A DNA stretch of 64,000 bases from Bacilli bacterium (GTDB lineage: Bacteria; Bacillota_I; Bacilli_A; RFN20; CAG-826): the NCBI GenBank assembly GCA_024408085.1, contig JAKSVH010000007.1:6914-70913 (forward strand), written 5' to 3'. The notes under the pieces are model-generated. The model made no database searches and was not told where the DNA came from. It saw only the letters and a list, made by a program, of their open reading frames with translations. Shown one piece after another: positions 36,683 through 45,427 of this stretch. The position numbers and the translations under genes are program-made. Numbering within the stretch: position 1 is the first letter of the stretch; each line of letters starts with the position of its first letter.

Positions 36683-38550
36683 TTTGCCATTCTCTTTAAA
36701 TTTAAAATTAAGATTGAAATGTCTGCTGGGTTAATTCCAGAAATTCTTCCGGCCTGTCCAACAGTTGTTGGTCTTATTTTATCAAGTTTTTGACGTGCTT
36801 CCAATGCAAGTCCGTGCATATGTAAGTAATCTATACCTTCAGGAATAGAATAATTTTCAAATTTTGCGAATGAATTTGCTTCATTTAATTCACGTTTAAT
36901 GTAGCCCTCATATTTGACTGAGATTTCAAGTTGAGCGACCCCTGCAAAATCAAGTTCAATTTCTTTAATTTCTGGAATTAAATCACAGATGTTTTCGTAA
37001 TGAATTTCTGGACGTTTGTAGAACTCAATTCCAGAGACTCCAGCCTTAAGTGTTTCAAGGCCTTTTGAGCTAAGATAGTCGTTGACTTTCTTGGATGAGC
37101 CTAAATGGATTTTACCCAGGATTTCAATGGCTTTTTGCACGTTTTCGTTCTTTTTTACGAAGTTTTGATAACGTTCTTCTGAGATTAATCCAAGCTTGTA
37201 ACCATATGGCGTTAAACGTACATCAGCATTGTCGTGACGGAGCAATAATCTGTACTCTGCACGAGAAGATAAAAGACGGTATGGTTCAAGTGTTCCTTTA
37301 GTAACAATATCGTCAATCATAACACCAATGTAGGATTCATTTCTTTTTAGGATAAACGGTTCTTTTCCTTGGACATATAAAGCAGCATTAATTCCTGCCA
37401 CTAAACCAAGGCCGCCAGCCTCTTCATAACCCGAGGTTCCACAAATTTGTCCTGCGCCATACAATCCTTTATATTTCTTTACTCCTAGAGTTAAATCGTA
37501 TTGAGTTGGAACTAATGCATCGTATTCAATTGCATAAGCATATTTTAAGAATTCTGCATGTTCCATACCTTCAAGAGTATGAACCATCTTAACTTGCATT
37601 TCTTCTTCCATAGCAGTTGAGAAACCTTGTAAGTAAATAGATTCTCCATCTGCAAATTCTGGTTCAAGGAAAAGTTGATGACGTTTCTTATCTCTGAAAG
37701 TCATAACTTTAGATTCGATTGATGGACAATAACGTGGTCCAACACCAGTTTGAAGTCCGTTATAAGTTGCAGTTTTATCTAAGTTATCGGTAATTAATTT
37801 ATGAGTTTTCTCATTTGTGTAAATTAACCAACAAAGAACTTGTTCTTTGAGTGGCTTAAATTCTTTTGTTAAATATGAGAAAGCATAGTTGCCTTCCATT
37901 CCGTATTGAGGAATTGCTTTTGAGAAATCAATTGAGCTCTTTTTAATTCTTGGAGGTGTGCCAGTTTTAAGTCTAAAGATCTCCAAGCCCATGTCTTGAA
38001 GTGATTTTGAAAGACCGATTGATGGTCTTTCTCCATCAGGTCCACCACTCACTGATTTGTGGCCTCTTAAAATAGCACCTTCCATGTAGGTACCAGTTGA
38101 AATAACAACTGCTTTTGAGGAAATCACTGTGCCGTCTTTTAAAATGACGCCGTTAACAATTTCACCATCGTGATGAATTCCGGTCACCTCGGCCTCTAAA
38201 ATATCTAAATTCTCGATTTTATCGAGAAGTTCTTGCATGTAATGTGGATAATTAAACTTATCTTCTTGTGCTCTTAAGCATTGTACACCTGGACCTTTAC
38301 CTGTGTTTAACATCTTCATTTGAAGATATTCATGGTCGGCTGCAATGCCCATCATTCCGCCTAATGCATCAATTTCACGAACAACAACGCCTTTAGCAGA
38401 TCCACCGATTGATGGATTACAAGGCATGTTTGAAATCATCTTCTTATTTAATGTAATTAAAAGGGTGCTTAAACCCATGTGCGCACTAGCTGCACATGCT
38501 TCGACACCAGCGTGTCCACCACCAACAACAATTACATCATATGCTTTCAT
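36679..38550 (-). CDS. mnmG: tRNA uridine-5-carboxymethylaminomethyl modification enzyme MnmG
   Basis: YDVIVVGGGHAGVEA FAD motif and conserved GidA blocks (GPRYCPSIE, QINGTSGYEE-like); 623 aa. Confidence 0.95.
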   Translation of the reverse strand: MKAYDVIVVGGGHAGVEACAASAHMGLSTLLITLNKKMISNMPCNPSIGGSAKGVVVREIDALGGMMGIAADHEYLQMKMLNTGKGPGVQCLRAQEDKFNYPHYMQELLDKIENLDILEAEVTGIHHDGEIVNGVILKDGTVISSKAVVISTGTYMEGAILRGHKSVSGGPDGERPSIGLSKSLQDMGLEIFRLKTGTPPRIKKSSIDFSKAIPQYGMEGNYAFSYLTKEFKPLKEQVLCWLIYTNEKTHKLITDNLDKTATYNGLQTGVGPRYCPSIESKVMTFRDKKRHQLFLEPEFADGESIYLQGFSTAMEEEMQVKMVHTLEGMEHAEFLKYAYAIEYDALVPTQYDLTLGVKKYKGLYGAGQICGTSGYEEAGGLGLVAGINAALYVQGKEPFILKRNESYIGVMIDDIVTKGTLEPYRLLSSRAEYRLLLRHDNADVRLTPYGYKLGLISEERYQNFVKKNENVQKAIEILGKIHLGSSKKVNDYLSSKGLETLKAGVSGIEFYKRPEIHYENICDLIPEIKEIELDFAGVAQLEISVKYEGYIKRELNEANSFAKFENYSIPEGIDYLHMHGLALEARQKLDKIRPTTVGQAGRISGINPADISILILNLKRMAK

Positions 38551-38553
38551 GGT

Positions 38554-39948
38554 CTATCCGACGCTTCCTTCCATATCCATCTTAATAAGTTGATTCAATT
38601 CAACTGCGTATTCCATTGGGAGTTCTTTTGAGAATGGCTCAATAAATCCCATAATAATCATTTGAATTGCGTCTTTTCTTGAGATGCCTCTACTCATTAA
38701 GTAAAAAAGTTGATCTTCATTCACCTTTGAAACGGTTGCTTCGTGTTCAATGAATGAAGTATTATTTTGAACTAAATTTGTAGGAATAGTATCAGATTTT
38801 GAAATATCATCCAAAATCAAAGTGTCACATTCAACATGTGATTTGCAATTCAATGCACTCTTCATGTGTTTAACTGAACCACGATAATTTGCGACACCAC
38901 CATTTTTAACAATTGATTTAGAAATGATTGTAGAACTTGTATTGCTTGCAAGGTGAATCATACGAGCACCAGCATCTTGATATTGGCCTTTACCGGCAAC
39001 TGCAATTGAAATACAGGTGCCTCTTGCACCTTCACCAGCTAAAATACAAGCAGGGTACTTCATATTTGTTTGAGAACCAACGTTTCCATCGATCCATTCC
39101 ATATGACCGTTTTCCATAACTTTTGCACGTTTAGTAACAAGGTTAACTATGTTGGTTGACCAGTTTTGAACTGTAGAATATCTACAATGTGCATCTTTTA
39201 AGACAACAATTTCAACAACTGCAGCATGTAAAGAATCTTTTGAATAAATTGGTGCGGTACAACCTTCCACATAGTGGACATCTGCACCTTCATCAACAAT
39301 AATCAATGTTCTTTCGAATTGTCCAGACTTTTCGTTGTTAATTCTGAAATAAGATTGAAGAGGTTTATCAAGTTTGACTCCTTTAGGAACATAAATAAAT
39401 GAGCCACCAGACCATACTGCACCATTTAATGCAGAGAATTTATTGTCTCTAAATGGAACAACTGTATTGAAATATTTTTTAACAATTTCTGGGCACATTT
39501 GAACTGCTTGATCAGTTGACAAGAAGATAACTCCTTTGTCTTCAACTTCCTTAAGCATGTTGTGATAAACTGCCTCAGATTCATATTGAGTTGTAACACC
39601 AGAAAGATACTTTTGTTCTGCTTCTGGAATACCGAGTTTTTGGAATGTATTTTTAATTGTATCTGGAACTTTATCCCAGTCTTTCTCTACTTTAGTAGCG
39701 TTTCTTGTGAAATAAGTATAAGAATCAAAATCTAAAAATGATAAATCAGGACCAAAAGAAGGCATAGGAAGTTCTTTAAATGCCTTATAAGATTTAAGAC
39801 GGAATTCTAACATCCAGTCAGGTTCATTTTTGAGACGTGAAATCTCACGAACAACATCTTCAGTCAAACCTTTACCGGTTGTAATTATAGATGTATCTTC
39901 GTCTTTAAATCCGTATTTGTATTCTTGTTCTGTAATATTATTTTTCAT
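38554..39948 (-). CDS. sufB: Fe-S cluster assembly scaffold SufB
   Basis: 464 aa; characteristic SufB beta-helix core and C-terminus (FYLMSRGI...A..MI..GF). Confidence 0.93.
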   Translation of the reverse strand: MKNNITEQEYKYGFKDEDTSIITTGKGLTEDVVREISRLKNEPDWMLEFRLKSYKAFKELPMPSFGPDLSFLDFDSYTYFTRNATKVEKDWDKVPDTIKNTFQKLGIPEAEQKYLSGVTTQYESEAVYHNMLKEVEDKGVIFLSTDQAVQMCPEIVKKYFNTVVPFRDNKFSALNGAVWSGGSFIYVPKGVKLDKPLQSYFRINNEKSGQFERTLIIVDEGADVHYVEGCTAPIYSKDSLHAAVVEIVVLKDAHCRYSTVQNWSTNIVNLVTKRAKVMENGHMEWIDGNVGSQTNMKYPACILAGEGARGTCISIAVAGKGQYQDAGARMIHLASNTSSTIISKSIVKNGGVANYRGSVKHMKSALNCKSHVECDTLILDDISKSDTIPTNLVQNNTSFIEHEATVSKVNEDQLFYLMSRGISRKDAIQMIIMGFIEPFSKELPMEYAVELNQLIKMDMEGSVG

Positions 39949-40384
39949 GGTCGTGTTTACAAATCATTTCGTGCATTGCATCCCATCCAATTGTTGCACA
40001 TTTGATACGAGCTGCTTGCTTTGATGTATTCATAAAAACAATAGCTTCATCGAGGACTGAATCATCGTAAGGTTCCTCGTGAATCATGTGATGATATTGA
40101 TCAATAATATACTTGGCATCTTCCCAAGATTTGCCAATCATAAGACCACACATTATATCTGTAGAAGAGGTAGAAATTGTACATGCAACACCATCCCAAT
40201 AAGCTTCTTTGACAAGTCCGTTTTCGAGTAATGCATAGACGTTAATATCATCTATACAATTTGATGAATGCATGTGAATTTTCTCAAAAATCCCCGCATT
40301 TTCTGGGTTTTTTTTGTATTGAGGGTTATCATAGTGATCCATGATAATTTGTCTCATCATTTGAGGACTAAGCGAAATAGGCAT
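39938..40384 (-). CDS. sufU: SUF-system zinc-dependent sulfur transfer protein SufU
   Basis: 148 aa; [10 protein letters not shown]-terminus, conserved Cys residues ([18 protein letters not shown]). Confidence 0.88.
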   Translation of the reverse strand: MPISLSPQMMRQIIMDHYDNPQYKKNPENAGIFEKIHMHSSNCIDDINVYALLENGLVKEAYWDGVACTISTSSTDIMCGLMIGKSWEDAKYIIDQYHHMIHEEPYDDSVLDEAIVFMNTSKQAARIKCATIGWDAMHEMICKHDHEK

Positions 40385-41600
40385 CTAAGAAATTACCTCC
40401 TTCTTTGAGCGCTTCAACAAGTGCATCAATGTCTTCTTTTGTAGTGTATAAATAGAAGGATGCTCTTACTGTTGCGATCTCTTTAATTTGTTCTTTTAAA
40501 ATCTTTGCGCAATGGTTACCGCTTCTTACTGCAATTCCTTTTGAATTAAGTAAAGTAGCGAGATCTTGTGCGAATACATTTTTAATATTAAATGAAATAA
40601 TTCCGGCTTCAGCATTTTCGTTGTAAATAACTAAATCCTTAATGTCTTTCATTTTTTTAATTGCATACTTTCTAAGTTCTTGTTCATGTTTTTGAATGTT
40701 GTCCATCCCAATGCTTTCAAGATATTTGATCGCAGCATTCAAGCCATAAATTCCATCAATATTTAATGTTCCTGGTTCTAATTTTCTTGGAGCTGGATGC
40801 AAAACACAATTTCCTTCTTTTGTGAAATCTTCGTTCATTCCACCACCAAGAATTAATGGCATTGTCTTTTCTAGTAATTCCTTTTTACCATAAAGAATTC
40901 CGATTCCAGTTGGACCACACATTTTATGGCCTGAAAATGTTAAAAAATCAACATCCATGTCTTTTACATCTGTTTTCATATGAGGTACCGATTGAGCGCC
41001 ATCGCAAACAACAATAATTCCGTGTTCGTGAGCAAACTTACAAATTGGTTTTAAATCTGTATAGAAACCGAGGACGTTTGTTACATTTGCAACAGAAATT
41101 ACTTTTGTGTGTTCATTTACTGCTTTTTTAACGTTTTCTAAAGTTAGTCTGCCTTCATCAGTTAATTCAATAAATTTAGTCTTACAACCAACAGATTTTG
41201 CTAAAGCAAACCAAGGCATTGCACATGAAGCATGTTCTGCCTCTGTTAATAAAACTTCATCATCTTTTTTAAGGTTAAATCTGCCCCATCCAAAAGCAAC
41301 AATATTTAATGATTCTGTATCACCAGAAGTGAACACAATTTCATCTTCTTCAGCATTTAAAAATGCTGCTACATTCTTTCTTGTTTCTTCGACAGTAGTA
41401 TCGACTTTATACATAAGGTCATAATCACCACGTCCAGAATTTGATGTTTCTTTACTGTAGTAAAGATTACAAGCATCAATAACGCATTGAGGCTTAAATG
41501 TTGTAGATGCATTATCTAAAAACACCAAATCGCGACCTTGCATTTTGGTTTTGTTAGTAAACATCGGAAAATCTTTTCTAATTTTATAAGGATCAAACAT
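40368..41600 (-). CDS. sufS: cysteine desulfurase SufS (class II)
   Basis: SGHKMCGPTG PLP-lysine motif, RSGNHCA active-site Cys loop; 410 aa. Confidence 0.93.
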   Translation of the reverse strand: MFDPYKIRKDFPMFTNKTKMQGRDLVFLDNASTTFKPQCVIDACNLYYSKETSNSGRGDYDLMYKVDTTVEETRKNVAAFLNAEEDEIVFTSGDTESLNIVAFGWGRFNLKKDDEVLLTEAEHASCAMPWFALAKSVGCKTKFIELTDEGRLTLENVKKAVNEHTKVISVANVTNVLGFYTDLKPICKFAHEHGIIVVCDGAQSVPHMKTDVKDMDVDFLTFSGHKMCGPTGIGILYGKKELLEKTMPLILGGGMNEDFTKEGNCVLHPAPRKLEPGTLNIDGIYGLNAAIKYLESIGMDNIQKHEQELRKYAIKKMKDIKDLVIYNENAEAGIISFNIKNVFAQDLATLLNSKGIAVRSGNHCAKILKEQIKEIATVRASFYLYTTKEDIDALVEALKEGGNFLDAYFA

Positions 41601-42301
41601 TAGATTGCCTCCTTAATTGCTTCCTCGATTAACTTTTGAGTTTCCTCTGAAAATTGTCTTGAGACAGGTTTCAAGTAACCGAGAGTAATAATCATTCTTG
41701 CTTCATCGCGTGTAAGGCCGCGTGACATTAAATAGAACATGTGATCTGAATTGAGCTGGCCAACAATTGCACCGTGGCTTGCTTGAACTTCATTTTCATC
41801 AATTTTTAATATTGGAGAAGCAACGCCTTGAGAGTTCTTATCAAAGACAATGATCTTAGCATTTTGCTTAGCATTTGAACCCTTTGCTCCCTCGGTAATG
41901 TGGGACACTCCTGAGAAGACAATTTTTGAGTCATCGCGAGCCACTCCATAATTGTCCATAAGTGAGGTTGTTTTTCCAACTAAATGTTTGAAAGAAATAT
42001 CAAAAATTTTATTATCTTTTTTGTTAGCTAAAGTTGCTAAATGCCAGTCGCAAGTTGCACCTTCTTCAGCCAAATTTATTTGACTCACAATTTTGCTATT
42101 CCCACTCGAAAAATCAGCAAAAACCACGGAAATTCTCGCATATTTTCCAATTTTTCCAGTAATATTTATTTCAGAATTTTCTTCAAAATTTGCTAATTTT
42201 AAAGTTAATTCAGAGCCTTCATTAAGGACTAAATTTACATCAGAAAAATTCTTATACTCGAGTACGCGTTTTTCATTATTTTTTAATGTAATATTTGTCA
42301 C
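41600..42301 (-). CDS. sufD: SufD-like Fe-S assembly protein, short form (233 aa)
   Basis: C-terminal SufBD block (ASHGAIVGQL..D.MFYLMSRGL). GTG at 42301 shares its G with the sufC TAG stop, with AAAGGAG upstream. About half the usual SufD length. Confidence 0.75.
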   Translation of the reverse strand: MTNITLKNNEKRVLEYKNFSDVNLVLNEGSELTLKLANFEENSEINITGKIGKYARISVVFADFSSGNSKIVSQINLAEEGATCDWHLATLANKKDNKIFDISFKHLVGKTTSLMDNYGVARDDSKIVFSGVSHITEGAKGSNAKQNAKIIVFDKNSQGVASPILKIDENEVQASHGAIVGQLNSDHMFYLMSRGLTRDEARMIITLGYLKPVSRQFSEETQKLIEEAIKEAI

Positions 42302-43122
42302 TATTTTTTGGCTCCTTTTAATGCTTCTTTTGTGGCACAAGTTCCGATAGAAACTGAGCTCATTTTTTCTTCATTTTTGAACTCAATTCCTTCAGCCTTC
42401 ATCCACTCATAACCTTGCTCATCAATCTTTTTAATTAATAACTTGTCTCCAACCTTTGCAATCTTGCCGTTGATAAGAACAACAACCTTGTCAATATTGA
42501 TAAGATCATAAAGTTTTGCATAGTGCGAAACGATGAGGAATCCACGTTTGGCTTGTTCTTCTTTAATAACATTTGCAACGATTTGAATTGCATCAACATC
42601 AAGACCAGAGTCAATTTCATCTAATAAAACAAGTTCTGGATTCAAAACTAACATTTGGAGAATTTCATTTTTCTTCTTTTCACCGCCAGAGAAACCTTCA
42701 TTGAGATTTCTGTTAGCCATTTCGAAAGGAATGTGCATTTTTTCGTATGCATTATTCATTAATTTATAAAATTCAAATAATGAAACAGGTTTTTCTCTGT
42801 GGGCATTGAGTGCAGACTTCAAAAAATCAGAATTGTTGACGCCTGGAACCTCACTTGGATATTGCATTCCAAGGAAAATTCCTAATTTTGAACGTTCATC
42901 AACTGACATTTTTGTGATGTCTTTATCGTCAAACCAAATATTACCACTTTTAATAGTGTAATTTGGGTTGCCCATAATGGTTTGTAAAAGAGTAGATTTT
43001 CCGTTACCGTTTGGACCTAGTAAAGCAATGGTCTCGTTTGACGAAAATTCAATAGTTAATCCTTTCAGGATTTCTTTATCTTTTACAGCAACGTGTAAGT
43101 TCTCAATTTTTAGCTTTGACAT
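42301..43122 (-). CDS. sufC: Fe-S cluster assembly ATPase SufC
   Basis: ATG at 43122 (MSKLKIENLHV) with AGAGGAG upstream; GPNGNGKST, FSGGEKKKNEI, LLDEIDSGLD motifs. Confidence 0.93.
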   Translation of the reverse strand: MSKLKIENLHVAVKDKEILKGLTIEFSSNETIALLGPNGNGKSTLLQTIMGNPNYTIKSGNIWFDDKDITKMSVDERSKLGIFLGMQYPSEVPGVNNSDFLKSALNAHREKPVSLFEFYKLMNNAYEKMHIPFEMANRNLNEGFSGGEKKKNEILQMLVLNPELVLLDEIDSGLDVDAIQIVANVIKEEQAKRGFLIVSHYAKLYDLINIDKVVVLINGKIAKVGDKLLIKKIDEQGYEWMKAEGIEFKNEEKMSSVSIGTCATKEALKGAKK

Positions 43123-43291
43123 AGGCGTAATCTCCTCTTTAAACCGCAACTATTTTATATAAGAAAAAGGCACTTAGCAAATGAAATGATAAAAAATCTT
43201 TCAAAAATCTTTGATTTTTGTTAATTTTCGAAATTCTTCACAAAATGTGTGAAAAAATAAACTTGTTTATTAAAGTTGAGTAAAAAGTTTG

Positions 43292-43320
43292 TTGTATTTA
43301 TACAATTAAATGTATATAAT
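43292..43320 (+). promoter_or_regulatory. sigma-70-type promoter for the lipoprotein pair
   Basis: TTGTAT (43292-43297), 17 nt, TATAAT (43315-43320), about 38 nt upstream of the ATG at 43358. Confidence 0.55.
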
Positions 43321-43357
43321 ACCCTCGCTATGTTTGAAAAGGAGGCACGTAGGTCTT

Positions 43358-45427
43358 ATGAAAAAATCTAAGTTAGCTATTGGCATTATGACCGCGATAC
43401 TCACTGCTGGCACTCTCGCTGGTTGTGACAATGTCGTTAAGTATTCTGCTGATGGTAAAATCATAACCTATAAAGAAGGTAATAATCCTGCCATCGATAT
43501 CAAAGCCGATGATTTGTTGGAAGATTATTACAAAGATTCTTCAAAGTTCCAATCAATCTTTGATGTAATCAATTCTATTGTTGTCCGTAACTACTTTGAA
43601 AAGGATCCTTTTATTGAGGAAGTAGATGTTATCTCTAAAGATAAAGACGGAAAACAAGTCAAAACCAAGAAACAACTTGGTAAACCACAAATGGTTGAAA
43701 TTGAAGCTGAAGCAGCAAAAAGAGTCGGTTCCGACAAAAATACTGCACAAACAAACGCTGATAACAACGGCACAAGTTATTCAGACGAATTCAACTCAAT
43801 TCTCTCTAGCAAAGGCGCTAAAGACGAAAAAGAATTAAAAGAGAAGTATATCGAAGAAGTTAAAAAAGAATTCTTTGAAGACAACTTCTACAAGTATCAC
43901 ATTGAAGACATCAAGACTGGTGATGATACTATTAAATATGATGGAGACAAGCAACTTTGGAATGGTTATTTCAAAGATATGGTTCCATATCATGTATCAC
44001 ACATTCTTGTTAAATTAGAAGATGGTTCAGGCACCAACTATGCTAACGGAACAATCTCAGAAGCAAATGCTAAAAAGTTATTTAACGTTGTTAATGAATT
44101 AGCAGACAAAAACAACATCGATAGCTTTGGTACAATCGCAAAACGTTATTCTGAAGATACAGGTTCTGCAGCAAACTTCGGTGACCTCGGAATCATGGAC
44201 TACTCAACCGGTTACGTCAATGAATTCAAATTAGGCATTTATGCCTATGAGAACTTCTTAGGCGGAAACAAGGATGCAGTCCTTTCATCCAACATCAACA
44301 TTCCAGGAAACTCTGCAACTGCTTCAGAAGTTACAGGTATTGCAAAGAGCTTCCAAGATGTTTCAGTTGATGCATTCGGAGCAGAAATCCCAGAAATTCC
44401 ATTCTCAGTCTTTAAAGATTTATACGATGTCGCAGAAATCGACAAAGACGCAAACGGAAAGCCTGTTATTGATGATTCGGCAAATTTCTATCCAAGAAAT
44501 ATCGTCTATAACAAGTATTTAAACAGACACTCAGTCGCACTTATTACAGTTCCTGATACTGATGATCATATTTTGACTGATGCAGAAAAAGAAACAAAAG
44601 GTACTGGCTTTGTCACAATGAGCATTGCTGGTGTCAACAAAAATGTTTTAAGTGTTAAAACAGCATCTGGCTGGACACCAATCCTTTGTGTCCGTGCAGG
44701 TAGTGACTATCAAGGTATTCACTTTATTATTGTTAATCGTTCAGCATTTGATACAAACGCAAGTGTTTCATTAAGTGATTACTACACAACCTATTATCCA
44801 GATCAAGATGCCTATCCAATTGATGAGGCAGGAAATCCTAAAGCAACATACGTCAACTTTGACTCTAGAAAAGAAGCTTCTGAAACAAAACCAAGAGCCG
44901 AGAGCCTATTATCAACATTCAAATCTTATGATTCTGAAAGACTTAACAAATATATCTTCCAAAGATTCTTCAATAAAGAAGGTATTCAAGTTAAGAACGA
45001 ACAACTCAGACAAGTATTAGCTATGTGGGTTACACGCGGACTCGACAAGAAGAATCAAGAAAAAGGCGAAGCTTGGGAAAAAACATGGAACGATTACATT
45101 GACACATTACGTAAACAAAACGACGAGCGTACAAAACTTGTTTCTAACGCTTGTAGAATTGCTTACCTTAATGGTAATGGTCTTGATAAAGACAGAAATG
45201 ATGTCAAACTTTCTGATATTATGTCTAGCTTAGTTGCAGAAATGGAAAATAAAGAAATTAACCCATCAACAGGTGAATTCTTTACTGCTGCAGAAGCTGA
45301 AGCATACATTAAGAGTATTAGAATTGGATCTAACATTAAATCAGGCGTCTTTGATAACGATGATTTAGTTTCAGTCTTATTTAAAACGGAAGGAGCACTT
45401 TGCAACGATGGAAAAGAACATCTCTAA
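43358..45427 (+). CDS. large lipoprotein with PrsA/parvulin-like PPIase motifs (689 aa)
   Basis: ATG at 43358 after AAAGGAGG; lipobox LAGCDN. Parvulin N-terminal half (HVSHILV...YSEDTGSAANFGDLGIMD) and C-terminal strand (YQGIHFIIVN) are separated by a long insertion. Confidence 0.7.
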   Translation: MKKSKLAIGIMTAILTAGTLAGCDNVVKYSADGKIITYKEGNNPAIDIKADDLLEDYYKDSSKFQSIFDVINSIVVRNYFEKDPFIEEVDVISKDKDGKQVKTKKQLGKPQMVEIEAEAAKRVGSDKNTAQTNADNNGTSYSDEFNSILSSKGAKDEKELKEKYIEEVKKEFFEDNFYKYHIEDIKTGDDTIKYDGDKQLWNGYFKDMVPYHVSHILVKLEDGSGTNYANGTISEANAKKLFNVVNELADKNNIDSFGTIAKRYSEDTGSAANFGDLGIMDYSTGYVNEFKLGIYAYENFLGGNKDAVLSSNINIPGNSATASEVTGIAKSFQDVSVDAFGAEIPEIPFSVFKDLYDVAEIDKDANGKPVIDDSANFYPRNIVYNKYLNRHSVALITVPDTDDHILTDAEKETKGTGFVTMSIAGVNKNVLSVKTASGWTPILCVRAGSDYQGIHFIIVNRSAFDTNASVSLSDYYTTYYPDQDAYPIDEAGNPKATYVNFDSRKEASETKPRAESLLSTFKSYDSERLNKYIFQRFFNKEGIQVKNEQLRQVLAMWVTRGLDKKNQEKGEAWEKTWNDYIDTLRKQNDERTKLVSNACRIAYLNGNGLDKDRNDVKLSDIMSSLVAEMENKEINPSTGEFFTAAEAEAYIKSIRIGSNIKSGVFDNDDLVSVLFKTEGALCNDGKEHL

